Shown here: positions 29,356-39,172 of the stretch, one piece after another
How the letters are laid out: every line of letters begins with the position of its first letter
How positions within the stretch are numbered: the stretch's first letter is position 1
From: Bacteroidia bacterium
Lineage (GTDB): Bacteria; Bacteroidota; Bacteroidia; J057
Assembly: GCA_041391725.1 (NCBI GenBank)
Contig: JAWKNL010000032.1
Location: 1,550-65,549, forward strand
Length of the DNA: 64,000 nt
Direction: 5' to 3'
Notes under the pieces: generated by a model
Seen by the model: only the letters and a program-made list of their open reading frames with translations
What the model was told of the DNA's origin: nothing
Databases searched by the model: none
Program-made: the position numbers and the translations under genes

Positions 29356-31240
29356 TCGCAAAAAAGCAGGGATTCTATTCGCAGCAACCCTGATCACCGC
29401 CAATCTGCTGCTCAGGTGTTCACCCAAACCCGACACCTTTCTCAACCTCGATCCGAAGGTAAAATATACGGGTACCCAATCCTGCCAGCCCTGCCATAAA
29501 AAAATTTATCAGTCTTTCATTGAAACCGGAATGGGGAAATCTCTATACCGGCCCGATACCAGCCGTGTGATCGAATCATTTGGCCCTGATGCTGTCACTA
29601 CCGACCCAAAGAGCGATTTTGCCTACTTCCCATTCTGGCTGGGCGGAGAAATGTTGGTCAGAGAATTTCGCCTCAGCGGCAAGGATACCATTTATCAGCG
29701 CACCGAAAAGGTGGATTATGTTGTCGGCTCCGGCCATCAGACCCGATCATACCTGATGGAGCGAAACGGGTATCTGTATGAATTTCCCATCACCTGGTAT
29801 GTCAGTAAACAAATCTGGGATCTCAGCCCGGGTTATCACGAAAACAATACCCGCTTTGGCAGAGAAATAGGGAAGGAATGTATGAACTGCCACACCGGTT
29901 ATACAGAATATATAGAAGGAAGCAAAAACAGGTATAAATTTATTTCAGAAGGCATTGACTGCGAAAAGTGCCACGGGCCGGGAGAAGAACATATTCGCCT
30001 GACAGAAGCCGGGCAGTTGATTGATGTGGGAGAAAAAACAGACTATTCCATCGTCAATCCGGGCAAATTGCCGCTTGACCTTCAGTTTGATGTATGTCAG
30101 CAATGCCATCTTCAGGGAATCAACGTACTGGCAGAAGGCAAATCAATAGATGATTTTCGCCCGGGAACCCCACTTTCGGCCACATTTGATGTATTTATTG
30201 AGCGGCAGGCAGATGAAAATATGTTTGGGATCGCCTCCCATGCCGAGCGGTTGCAGCAGTCGCGCTGTTTTATCGCTTCAGAAGGTAAACTCACCTGTAC
30301 AACCTGTCACGATCCCCATAAAAGCGTTACGCTGGCAGGGCCCGAAGTATATATTCTCCAATGTAACCGGTGTCATGAAAAAATGAATACACCGGCCTGC
30401 AGCGCACCCGAAGCAGACAAACATGCGACAGGCAACAACTGCGTTTCCTGCCATATGCCTGCCGGCGGTACGAGCGACATTCCTCACGTGCGGTTTCACG
30501 ACCACAGGATCAGGGTGGTCGCACAGCAGCCCGACGCGCCGGTGGATTCGGTGAAGGCCTGGCTGAAGCTGGCCACACGGAAGGAGGTCGGAGGCCGGGT
30601 ATGGGGAGAAGCCTGGCTGCTGTATTTTGAGCAGCACAACCAGTCGGTTGAATATCTGAATCGTGCGGCAGCTTATTCGGCGCAAATGAACCCTTACGAT
30701 CAGGCGAGAGTTGCCTTTTATCAGCAAAATTATCCTTTGGCGCTTTCATTTGCAGATTCGGCACTAGCAGCAGGGGACGACCATTCGCTTATATGGTTTC
30801 TTAAAGGAGAAATTCTGGAGGCACAGACAAAATATGCAGAAGCCGCCGCTGCTTACCGGCGATCTTTTGAGGAAAACCCGGAGGGAACGGATGCAGGCCT
30901 GAAGGCCGGAACCATGTTGCTGAGAGCCCGGCAGGGCGACCGGGCAGTGCTTCCGGAGGTTCGGATGTGGTTTGAGAATCTGTTAAAAACCAAACCATTT
31001 GACGAAAGGCTGCTCACCAACCTGGGTTTTGTGGTAATGAATGAGGGCGATTATACCCGGGCGGAGAGGTTGTTTCAGGAGGCTTTGTCCTTTGACCCTG
31101 ACAATATCGCAGCATTGGAAAATATGATATTGCTGCAACTGATCAGCGGGAACAGGGAAATGGCGGAGAAATTTTTGAAACATCTGGAAAGAAAACATCC
31201 CGGATATAGCGGACTTGAGCGGTTGCAAAGCGCATTCTGA
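29348..31240 (+). CDS. heptaheme c-type cytochrome fused to C-terminal TPR domain
   Basis: Seven CxxCH motifs: CQPCH, CMNCH, CEKCH, CQQCH, CTTCH, CNRCH, CVSCH. The C-terminal ~200 aa are TPR-like. N-terminal signal/lipobox-like LLLRCS. The ATG at 29348 overlaps the recX stop (ATGATTAA). Confidence 0.75.
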   Translation: MINRKKAGILFAATLITANLLLRCSPKPDTFLNLDPKVKYTGTQSCQPCHKKIYQSFIETGMGKSLYRPDTSRVIESFGPDAVTTDPKSDFAYFPFWLGGEMLVREFRLSGKDTIYQRTEKVDYVVGSGHQTRSYLMERNGYLYEFPITWYVSKQIWDLSPGYHENNTRFGREIGKECMNCHTGYTEYIEGSKNRYKFISEGIDCEKCHGPGEEHIRLTEAGQLIDVGEKTDYSIVNPGKLPLDLQFDVCQQCHLQGINVLAEGKSIDDFRPGTPLSATFDVFIERQADENMFGIASHAERLQQSRCFIASEGKLTCTTCHDPHKSVTLAGPEVYILQCNRCHEKMNTPACSAPEADKHATGNNCVSCHMPAGGTSDIPHVRFHDHRIRVVAQQPDAPVDSVKAWLKLATRKEVGGRVWGEAWLLYFEQHNQSVEYLNRAAAYSAQMNPYDQARVAFYQQNYPLALSFADSALAAGDDHSLIWFLKGEILEAQTKYAEAAAAYRRSFEENPEGTDAGLKAGTMLLRARQGDRAVLPEVRMWFENLLKTKPFDERLLTNLGFVVMNEGDYTRAERLFQEALSFDPDNIAALENMILLQLISGNREMAEKFLKHLERKHPGYSGLERLQSAF

Positions 31241-31292
31241 ACAAGAAAGAAAACAAGCCCCTCAGGATGTTGCGAATTGCGCCGGAAAGTAC

Positions 31293-31300
31293 TAAATTTG
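31293..31300 (+). promoter_or_regulatory. Bacteroidetes-type -7 box TAAATTTG upstream of tsf
   Basis: Matches TAnnTTTG. A TTG lies 23 nt upstream (31270-31272). The box is 47 nt before the tsf ATG. Confidence 0.45.
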
Positions 31301-31346
31301 CAGCGATTTTCAGGAATCCTAATATTCAATCTTATATAATCATACA

Positions 31347-32186
31347 ATGGCAATTACTGCAAATGACGTAAACAACTTGCGTACAGCTACCGGTGCAGGC
31401 ATGATGGATTGCAAGAAAGCGCTGGTTGAGGCCGAAGGCGATTTTGATCTGGCGGTGGAAATTCTTCGTAAAAAAGGACAAAAAGTATCTGCAAAACGCG
31501 CAGACCGCGATGCAAAGGAAGGCGCAGTTTTCATCAAAACCAATGAAAATTCTACAGAAGCAGCGATCATTGAGCTGAATGCTGAGACAGACTTTGTCGC
31601 AAGAAACCAGGATTTTCAGAACCTGGGTGAATCCATCGTCAACCTCGCTTCTGCCCAAACACCTGCTGATCTCGACGCGCTCAAGGCACTTTCTATCGAT
31701 GGAAGAACGGTAGCAGACCATCTCACAGATGCAATGGCCCGTATCGGAGAAAAAATTGACGTCAGCAAATATGAAAGAATCTCGGGTGACCAGGTAGTTG
31801 CATATATCCACCCCGGTGCACGTATCGGTGTAGTGGTAGCATTTGCAGGTATTGATGGAAAAGATGCCGGTGACGTAGGAAAAGATGTCGCTATGCAGAT
31901 TGCGGCTATGAGCCCCCTTGCTATTGACAAAGACGGAATTTCGGAAGACGTAGTGAACAAGGAAGTCGAAATCGGTATGGAACTCGCCCGCAATGAGGGC
32001 AAACCCGAAGCGATGCTGGAAAAAATTGCCCGCGGAAAACTGAACAAGTTTTACAAAGACAATACCCTCATCAATCAGGATTTTGTAAAAGATACATCCA
32101 AAACCGTAGGTCAGTATATTAAAGAACAACTGGGTGCCGACGCTACTGTAACCGGTTTCAAACGGGTACAACTCGGAGCCAACTGA
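31347..32186 (+). CDS. tsf: translation elongation factor Ts
   Basis: MAITANDVNNLRTATGAGMMDCKKALVEAEGDFDLAVEILRKKG, canonical EF-Ts N-terminus and length. Confidence 0.95.
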   Translation: MAITANDVNNLRTATGAGMMDCKKALVEAEGDFDLAVEILRKKGQKVSAKRADRDAKEGAVFIKTNENSTEAAIIELNAETDFVARNQDFQNLGESIVNLASAQTPADLDALKALSIDGRTVADHLTDAMARIGEKIDVSKYERISGDQVVAYIHPGARIGVVVAFAGIDGKDAGDVGKDVAMQIAAMSPLAIDKDGISEDVVNKEVEIGMELARNEGKPEAMLEKIARGKLNKFYKDNTLINQDFVKDTSKTVGQYIKEQLGADATVTGFKRVQLGAN

Positions 32187-32207
32187 TCAGGTAATGAATA
32201 GAAAGAA

Positions 32208-32236
32208 AAGAGAGTTTAAAAAACTCTCTTTTTTTT
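32208..32236 (+). terminator. rho-independent terminator after tsf
   Basis: aagagagtt / aactctctt stem followed by a T9 run. Confidence 0.7.
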
Positions 32237-32258
32237 TAACTACGCATAAACGCTGGCG

Positions 32259-32266
32259 ATATTTTT
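32259..32266 (+). promoter_or_regulatory. -7 box TATTTTTG upstream of pyrH
   Basis: Matches TAnnTTTG, 51 nt before the pyrH ATG. No clear -33 TTG. Confidence 0.35.
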
Positions 32267-32316
32267 GTTAGTAAATCCTGTCTAATTTCCGCTGAACAAT
32301 GTAACTTCCCTCTATT

Positions 32317-33033
32317 ATGAATCATACCACCAAATACAAGCGCATACTCTTAAAACTCAGCGGCGAGGCACTCATGGGAAAACAGTCCTACGGGATTGAA
32401 AATGAAACCCTTCACCGTTATGCCCGCCAGATTGTCGAACTCACCCATCTGGGGGTGGAAGTAGCCGTCGTGGTTGGCGGTGGCAATATTTTCAGGGGTA
32501 TTCAGGGGGTAGGCGAAGGAATGGGCCGCGCCCATGCAGACTATATGGGCATGCTCGCCACAGTTATCAACGGCATGGCACTTCAGGATGCCCTTGAAAG
32601 CCAGGGCGGGCTGTGCAGGTTGCAGTCTGCGATCGGCATGGAAAAAATTTGCGAACCCTATATCCGACGCAGAGCCATTCGCCACCTCGAAAAGGGCCGT
32701 ATCGTAGTATTTGCTGCAGGTACTGGCAACCCGTTTTTTACCACTGACACAGCCGCCTCTCTCCGTGCAATCGAAATTGACGCCGACGTCGTGCTCAAAG
32801 GTACCCGTGTGGACGGTGTTTATACCGCCGACCCTGAAAAAGATGCCACAGCAGTCAAGTTTGACACCATATCCTTTGCCGATGTGCTGGCCAACCGCCT
32901 GAATGTCATGGATATGACTGCATTTACCATCTGTCAGGAAAACGAACTGCCCATCATCGTATTCAACATCAATGAGCCTGAAAACCTGATGCGGATTGTT
33001 AAGGGCGAAATGATCGGCACACTGGTAAGCTAA
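32317..33033 (+). CDS. pyrH: UMP kinase
   Basis: [15 protein letters not shown]...[10 protein letters not shown]...[19 protein letters not shown]...[16 protein letters not shown]. Confidence 0.95.
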   Translation: MNHTTKYKRILLKLSGEALMGKQSYGIENETLHRYARQIVELTHLGVEVAVVVGGGNIFRGIQGVGEGMGRAHADYMGMLATVINGMALQDALESQGGLCRLQSAIGMEKICEPYIRRRAIRHLEKGRIVVFAAGTGNPFFTTDTAASLRAIEIDADVVLKGTRVDGVYTADPEKDATAVKFDTISFADVLANRLNVMDMTAFTICQENELPIIVFNINEPENLMRIVKGEMIGTLVS

Positions 33034-33083
33034 AAAACCACAAAAAAAAATCAAAAACCCTTGCAGGAATGGTCTGCGCCTAC

Positions 33084-33091
33084 TACATTTG
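33084..33091 (+). promoter_or_regulatory. -7 box TACATTTG (with TTG at 33061-33063) upstream of tRNA-Phe
   Basis: Matches TAnnTTTG, 20 nt before the tRNA 5' end. TTG lies 23 nt upstream. Confidence 0.45.
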
Positions 33092-33111
33092 CAAACCATT
33101 CTTGAAAGGCC

Positions 33112-33184
33112 GGTGCGGTAGCTCAGTTGGTAGAGCAATGGACTGAAAATCCATGTGTCGGCGGTTCGATTCCGCCCTGCACCA
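33112..33184 (+). tRNA. tRNA-Phe (GAA)
   Basis: Cloverleaf by eye: acceptor GGTGCGG/CTGCACC (one G-U), D-arm GCTCAGTTGGTAGAGC, anticodon loop CTGAAAA, T-arm GGCGGTTCGATTCCGCC, discriminator A. CCA is not encoded. Confidence 0.9.
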
Positions 33185-33198
33185 CAAGAAAAGACGAT

Positions 33199-33239
33199 AA
33201 CTCCCTGATAATTAATTTATTGGGGAGTTTTTTGTTTTT
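33199..33239 (+). terminator. hairpin plus T-run after tRNA-Phe
   Basis: aactccc ... gggagtt with an AT-rich loop, followed by TTTTTTGTTTTT. Confidence 0.45.
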
Positions 33240-33398
33240 GCAGGGGACACTATTTTTACCTTGACTATTGAGTATTCATCCGTTGCATTGGTTTTACAAA
33301 GTTTTACCTATCCTTTACACTTCTTTACATTTAAAAAGCTTCAGGATAGCTGATGCCCGATATCTTTGCGTTATTGTTTCACCTAAATCATTACAGCA

Positions 33399-34405
33399 AT
33401 GAATATCTACAATCTCTCTTTCTTATTTCTTTTTCAATTCTTATTCGCTTCTGAGGAGCAGTTAGCATTGACTCCGTCATCTGATCTCCGAAATGTCTGT
33501 CGGAACAAAACAGCGGTAACGCGAAAACTGCAAACCTTGTTTTTACATCTTCCGATGGCGGACAAACCTGGCAGGACATAAGCGCAGGGTTGCCCGAGCC
33601 GGTGAAAGATGATTATGGTGTAAACAAGATCTTTTCGTTTGCCGATGATCATGGACTCATGTATCTGTCGGGGATGGATATACTACAATAAACCCTATTC
33701 TAAAGCTCCTTTTGGAAGAAAGATATTTTCCCCGACAATCACTGCAATATCGCTCCCGGAAAGGCCGGCATATTTGCATACAATTACTGGAGCAACGGAG
33801 TTTTCCAAAAAATATGGAACGAACGCATGGGCGCCGGCATTCGCAAATTTCCAGGAGAAACAGGTGTATAGCGTTTTTGAAACAGCCGCAGGCACTATTT
33901 TCATCAACTCCGAAAAAGGTCTTTTAGATCCACCAACAGTGGGAAATCATGGAAACATGTTGGCGGCATGGTCGGAGAATTGGTAGAGTCGAATGGCGTA
34001 CTGCTGGGGACCACCTCGAAAGGGATCGTAAGATCGACCGATAATGGTGAAACCTGGGCGTTGGTAATCAGCGAAGGCGGCGCAGGCATCGAGGTAGAAC
34101 GCATCGAAGGTGGATTTGCTGCGATCACATTCAATGGAAAGTCGAGAACCCGAAGAGTGCGAACATCTTACGACGGTGGTATAACCTGGCAGCCCATTGA
34201 TGCTGGCCTTCCGCCGCAGCTTTCCATTGCTTCCATCATACAGGTTGGTGAAAACTTCTTTTGTGGCCATCCCAAAGGCATTTTCAGATCATCGGACAAG
34301 GGAAAAACCTGGAAACTGTTACTTCCTTCCATAGAAGACAAGGTTTTCAATTTACAAGTTTCAGGCAACGTGATTTATGCCATACCCATAAATGGAGGAT
34401 GCTGA
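33399..34405 (+). pseudogene. BNR/Asp-box repeat (sialidase/Ycf48-like beta-propeller) protein, frameshifted
   Basis: Signal peptide MNIYNLSFLFLFQFLFAS. Asp-boxes SSDGGQTW, STNSGKSW, STDNGETW, SYDGGITW and SSDKGKTW are distributed over at least 4 frame segments. Confidence 0.7.
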
Positions 34406-34548
34406 AGATTTCCTGTACAGCGGCTCAACCTCATGCAGGTAAGCTACTTGTAAGTCTGAGTAAAAGAAAGGATATTCGTAATCATCAATGAGGAGATATA
34501 GGCCCGCGTGTATATGGATTTAGCGATAACACAAAAAACCCTGCCGTT

Positions 34549-34734
34549 ATGGTGTACCATATTTTAAACGGAGACTCCCTGGCTTATAGTTTTCCTGACG
34601 CCGGTATTGAAGGGGAGATGATTGCTGCCAGATAAGCGCTTATTGACGGAGATCTGTCAGGCATCAATCTCCGGGACTTCTGGCAAACCAGAGCCAGATA
34701 CCACCGGGTAAGCGAAGCAGAATACAAACATTAA
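34549..34734 (+). pseudogene. truncated DUF1835-like gene fragment with in-frame TAA
   Basis: MVYHILNGDSLAYSFPDAGIEGEMIAAR*ALIDGDLSGINLRDFWQTRARY... Only ~60 codons, TAA at 34633-34635. Family call is from memory of DUF1835 N-termini. Confidence 0.35.
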
Positions 34735-34738
34735 TGAT

Positions 34739-35800
34739 ATGAAAATAATCAACATTCAAATATCAAGTGTAGCACTGCTGCTCCTGGTAATTTCTGCATG
34801 GGCCCAGCAAAGTCTCGGGAAACGACTACCTAATATTGTTTATATTTTTGCCGAAGATTTGGGATACGGCGATATTGGCAGCTTTGGAGCAAAAGATATT
34901 CAAACACCTCATATCGACAGATTCGAAAGCGAAGGCAAGAATTTTACTAATAAACTTACCATAGATGGAAGTACTTTGGAATACACCATCGAAGGAGAAG
35001 GGATTCCCTGTCTGGTGATTGGTTCCTCGATTTATTATCCCCGAACGTTTTCAGCTAATTTACGGCGGCATTTGAAAATGTACTTCGTGGATATGAAATG
35101 GTTTGCAAAGGGATATGCCAAAGAAGATCTGAACCAGGTTACCATTGAGACTATTGTGGAAGACATCGAACAGATACGGGCGGCCCTTGGCCTGGAAAAG
35201 CCGCTGATTATGGGGCATAGCATCCATGGCACCATGGCCACAGAGTATGTCAAAAAATATGGAGAAAAAGTATCCGGGCTAATTGTGATAGGATCACCTG
35301 CCGAATGGGGTAATGCTACTTATCAGGAAAAGGCTGCGGCCCTTTGGGCAACCGCCTCACCAAAACGGAAACAACTTCAGGAAAAAAACTGGGGGCAAAC
35401 AAAAGAAATCGACCGGCTGACAGGACAAAAAGAGGCGGCTGCGCGATACAACAATATGGCTCCTCAGTATTGGTACGACCCGGAATACGATGCCGGCTGG
35501 CTTTGGAAAGATATGACTGTGCATTCTGAAGTGACGCAGCACATTTTCACGCGTGTTTTCCTTGATTACAACATGTTTGAGCCACCCATACCTATCAGCG
35601 TTCCTGTGTTTGTAGCTTTAGGAAAGTATGATTATGTGATTCCCTATACTCTATGGAACTCCACCTATCCCAATGTCCCGGATTTCAAATTGGTACTTTT
35701 TGAAAAGAGTGGTCATACGCCTCAACTAGAAGAATCCAAACGGTTTGATAGAGAACTTCTGGGCTGGAGCAATCAAAAAATCAAAAGAACGGACAAATGA
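34739..35800 (+). CDS. alpha/beta hydrolase carrying an arylsulfatase-type leader and N-terminus (chimeric ORF)
   Basis: aa 1-65: signal peptide plus LPNIVYIFAEDLGYGDIGSFGAKDIQTPHIDRF (sulfatase metal-binding N-terminus), but no C/S-x-P-x-R motif follows. The rest is an alpha/beta hydrolase (IPCLVIGSS, nucleophile elbow GHSIHG, C-terminal GHTPQLEE). Confidence 0.65.
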   Translation: MKIINIQISSVALLLLVISAWAQQSLGKRLPNIVYIFAEDLGYGDIGSFGAKDIQTPHIDRFESEGKNFTNKLTIDGSTLEYTIEGEGIPCLVIGSSIYYPRTFSANLRRHLKMYFVDMKWFAKGYAKEDLNQVTIETIVEDIEQIRAALGLEKPLIMGHSIHGTMATEYVKKYGEKVSGLIVIGSPAEWGNATYQEKAAALWATASPKRKQLQEKNWGQTKEIDRLTGQKEAAARYNNMAPQYWYDPEYDAGWLWKDMTVHSEVTQHIFTRVFLDYNMFEPPIPISVPVFVALGKYDYVIPYTLWNSTYPNVPDFKLVLFEKSGHTPQLEESKRFDRELLGWSNQKIKRTDK

Positions 35801-36603
35801 AAAGAAGACAATTCATTACCAATACCCTGGCGGCAGCAGGTGCGCTAAGTCTTGGATCCATGGGCTTGGTTATTGATCCCCAAAAAACTCATCTTTTGTC
35901 TCTAAGTTTTGACGATGGTTTCAAAAAATCCTTTTACCGGATAGCAGAGATTCATGAAAACTACGGTTTGAAGGCTTGTTTGAATGTGATTGCAACAGGG
36001 CATCTAAAAAGCTTCAACACTGAGCCTAAATGGATTCCTCAAAATCTGTTGGGTGACTTCAATGATTGGAACAAGCTAAAAGAACGGGGGCATGAAGTTA
36101 TGCCTCATACATGGGAACACCTGAACCTCTCTGAAATCCCCATTGAAAAAGCTAAGGAAAATATCGAAAAATGCCTCGACTATTTTGAAAATAACCTTCA
36201 AGGATACACTTCCGACGGCGCCGTTTATAACTTCGCCTACAATGCCTCCACGCCAGAACTGGAAGACTTTGCACTGACCAAAGTATCCGCTATTCGAACA
36301 GGAGGCTGGTTGGTTTTGAAAGATACTATAGTTAATGCCGTTCCCGTCAAAGAGCAGCCCCTCCGTCTGGGATGTTGGGGTCATGGTCCTGATTTTTGCG
36401 ATGACTACGTAGAACAGGAAATCAACAAATTCTTAGCCACTGAGGGAGGTTGGCTGATTTTGAATCTTCATGGATTGGATGAAGAAGGTTGGGGCCCCGT
36501 TCACGCTGAATATCTTGACAATTTACTTAAACGGTTAGTTAAGATTGACTTTTTGTCCGTACTGCCAACCGGAGAAATTGTGAAACAGATAGGTAAAAAG
36601 TAA
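35797..36603 (+). CDS. polysaccharide deacetylase (NodB/CE4-like), Tat-type signal
   Basis: MKRRQFITNTLAAAGALSLG, LSFDDGF, HTWEH. ATGA overlap with the upstream gene. Confidence 0.65.
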   Translation: MKRRQFITNTLAAAGALSLGSMGLVIDPQKTHLLSLSFDDGFKKSFYRIAEIHENYGLKACLNVIATGHLKSFNTEPKWIPQNLLGDFNDWNKLKERGHEVMPHTWEHLNLSEIPIEKAKENIEKCLDYFENNLQGYTSDGAVYNFAYNASTPELEDFALTKVSAIRTGGWLVLKDTIVNAVPVKEQPLRLGCWGHGPDFCDDYVEQEINKFLATEGGWLILNLHGLDEEGWGPVHAEYLDNLLKRLVKIDFLSVLPTGEIVKQIGKK

Positions 36604-36701
36604 AACGTCCAACATGGTATATGCGATAGTACTCGCTAAACGATCCACCACATAAACAACACATTTACTTTTTATCACAAACAAAAAGGGAAAGCAGGCT
36701 T

Positions 36702-37736
36702 TTACCTGCTTACCCTTCCCGATCCGTCGCCTTCCATCAGCTTTTCGACTTCGTCAACGGTTACCATATTAAAGTCGCCGTGAATCGTATGCTTCAGACA
36801 TGACGCAGCAACCGCAAAATCGAGCGCTTTCTGGTCGTCGCCTGTATAAGTGAGCAATCCGTAAATCAGCCCTCCCATAAACGAATCTCCCCCGCCGACA
36901 CGATCCACAATATGGGTTATCTGGTAAGTTGGGGCGCTGAAAAGTTGTTTTCCGTCCCAAAGTACGCCTGACCAGCTATTGTGTGAAGCAGAAACAGAAC
37001 CGCGAAGGGTAATGATCACTTTCTTTGCCCGGGGAAACCGCGCCATCAGTTGTCGTCCTACCGATTCGTAAGCCTCGCCTTCGACGTGCCCGCTGGTTAC
37101 GTCCACGCCTTCGGGGTGAATGTTGAATACTTTTTCGGCATCTTCTTCATTCCCCAGGATAATATCACACCCTTCTACCAGTTCGGCCATGACTTCGCTG
37201 GCTTTTTTGCCGTATTTCCAAAGGTTTTTGCGGTAATTGAGGTCCGTAGAAACAGTAACGCCCATACGGTTGGCCGTCTGAATGCCTTCCAGACACACAT
37301 CGGCTGCACTCTGGGAAATGGCGGGGGTAATTCCTGTCCAGTGAAACCAGCCTGCATCGGCCAGTACACTTTCCCAGTCGATCATGCCTTTCTTTATTTC
37401 TGCGATAGATGAATGCGCCCGGTCATAAACGACTTTGCTTCCGCGGCTGACGGCTCCGTGTTCGAGGAAATAAATGCCCAGCCTTTCTCCGCCAAAGATG
37501 ATATGGTTGACGCCGACATTGTACTTGCGGAGGTTGGCTACGGCAGCATGCCCCAGATCGTTGTTGGGGAGTCGGGTGACATATTCGGTGGGGATTCCAT
37601 AATTGGCAAGGGAAACCGATACGTTGGATTCGCCACCTCCATAGGTAGCTTCAAATGTTGACGCCTGCACAAACCGCTGAAAGCCCGGTGTAGAGAGGCG
37701 AAGCATGATTTCGCCAAAGGTTACTACTTTTTTCAT
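36702..37736 (-). CDS. kdgK: 2-dehydro-3-deoxygluconokinase (PfkB family)
   Basis: MKKVVTFGEIMLRLSTPG..RF.QA..FE.TYGGGESNV, C-terminal DRVGGGDSF motif. Genomic context with uxuA. Confidence 0.85.
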   Translation of the reverse strand: MKKVVTFGEIMLRLSTPGFQRFVQASTFEATYGGGESNVSVSLANYGIPTEYVTRLPNNDLGHAAVANLRKYNVGVNHIIFGGERLGIYFLEHGAVSRGSKVVYDRAHSSIAEIKKGMIDWESVLADAGWFHWTGITPAISQSAADVCLEGIQTANRMGVTVSTDLNYRKNLWKYGKKASEVMAELVEGCDIILGNEEDAEKVFNIHPEGVDVTSGHVEGEAYESVGRQLMARFPRAKKVIITLRGSVSASHNSWSGVLWDGKQLFSAPTYQITHIVDRVGGGDSFMGGLIYGLLTYTGDDQKALDFAVAASCLKHTIHGDFNMVTVDEVEKLMEGDGSGRVSR

Positions 37737-37745
37737 TATTGTATG

Positions 37746-39164
37746 TTAAAGCCTTCTGATTTTGATACTGCGATAATGTACTTCATCTCCATGGTCCTGA
37801 AGGAGAATATGGCCGCTTTGCCAGTTGCCAAAATCCTTCCATTCTGCGTATTTGCTTCGCGCAACTAACGCGCCAAAAGCCTGGTCTCCGCGCTCATAAG
37901 ACAAAACTTTCCGGTGGTTGAGCCAGTGCTCGACATGCGCGCCCTTAAATTCGGTTTTTTCCAGATTATTTCCCTTTGGCCATTCCTCTACCCTTACACC
38001 ACTTACCACGATACGGGCATGGTTCCACTGCCCGGGTTCGTTTACGATTTTTCCCTTGTTGGCGGGAATAAGGTCGTAAAGGGAGGCAATTGTACGGTTT
38101 CCTGCAGAGCCCATGGCCGCATCGGGGTGTTTGGCATCATCGAGTATCTGATATTCAAGCCCGATCGCCGAACCTGCATTGGGATTGTTTTTGAGGTATT
38201 GTTCGGTGATAAAATATTTGATCCCGCTGTTGGCTCCGGGGGTAATCATAAATTCGAGTTCAAGCTCGAAAGTGCTGTATTCATCAACCGTGACCACATC
38301 TCCGCCGTTTTGTGATTCGGCTCCTTTTCCGCCCATGACGATGAGTTCGCCGTTTTCAACTTTCCAGCCTTTAGCCGGAAATTGTGTTTTGTGCGCGCCA
38401 CGCCAGCCGTTGGTAGTTTTTCCGTCAAACAACAACTGCCATCCCTGCGCTCTTTCCTGAGGCGAAAGGTAATTGGGCACATTGTTGACGATGTGGATAT
38501 CGGTCCAGGGACTGGGCTTGAGGTTTTCGGTCTGGATAAAAATATTTCTCCATTTGATCTGCCTTCCTTCCGGATCTTCTTCTCTGATGGCATGCACCTG
38601 AAGGGCGATAAAACCTTCTGCTGTCATGTCGTCGATAAGATCAGCGGCAGGGATGCCATTCACCCAGGTGCGGATAGAGTTGCCGATAGCTTCGATGCGG
38701 TAATGGTTCCACTGGTTGTTTTTGAAAGCCGTGCGCGCACCGGGATTGTGATCCATAGGGTAAAGCCATCCGCGGCGGGCTTCATCGTAAATGCCGCCAC
38801 TCCATCCTCTTTCAGAAGGATCGATTTCTACCTGATAACCATGCACCCTCCCTTCTTTATATTCGGGGAGGCTGTTGGAGCGAATCTGAATTCCGGAATT
38901 CATTTCGGGATCCACCCAGAATTCCAATTCCAGAATAAAATCGCTGTACATTTTTTCGGTAACCATAAAGCTGTTGGGCGTGCCGCGTACGGTTGTTCCC
39001 ACAACGGCGCCATCTTCAACGGCATATTTTGCCTGCCCGTTGAGTTGTTTCCAGCCTGTAAAATCTTTTCCATTAAACAAAGCCTTCCATTCTCCCTGCC
39101 CGAAAACAGAAAAAGAAAGACATAGAAAAAGTGTGATCAGGGGGGAAATTCGAAAATGTCGCAT
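37746..39164 (-). CDS. secreted protein with two DUF1080 (3-keto-disaccharide hydrolase-like) domains
   Basis: Signal peptide. Two copies of W..LFNGKD..GW...G...Y.VEDG... FE..FEF..... NSGI. ending LQDHGDEVHYRSI. Confidence 0.75.
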   Translation of the reverse strand: MRHFRISPLITLFLCLSFSVFGQGEWKALFNGKDFTGWKQLNGQAKYAVEDGAVVGTTVRGTPNSFMVTEKMYSDFILELEFWVDPEMNSGIQIRSNSLPEYKEGRVHGYQVEIDPSERGWSGGIYDEARRGWLYPMDHNPGARTAFKNNQWNHYRIEAIGNSIRTWVNGIPAADLIDDMTAEGFIALQVHAIREEDPEGRQIKWRNIFIQTENLKPSPWTDIHIVNNVPNYLSPQERAQGWQLLFDGKTTNGWRGAHKTQFPAKGWKVENGELIVMGGKGAESQNGGDVVTVDEYSTFELELEFMITPGANSGIKYFITEQYLKNNPNAGSAIGLEYQILDDAKHPDAAMGSAGNRTIASLYDLIPANKGKIVNEPGQWNHARIVVSGVRVEEWPKGNNLEKTEFKGAHVEHWLNHRKVLSYERGDQAFGALVARSKYAEWKDFGNWQSGHILLQDHGDEVHYRSIKIRRL

Positions 39165-39172
39165 AGTAGTAG

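Noticed and set aside
31332-32171. 279-aa minus-strand ORF exactly mirroring tsf
   Set aside because: Antisense shadow of a strongly recognisable EF-Ts gene. The product is Cys/Phe/His-rich with no motif, and its start and stop track the tsf frame.
32350-33138. 262-aa minus-strand ORF
   Set aside because: Antisense to pyrH. It also extends over the tRNA-Phe gene and its promoter.
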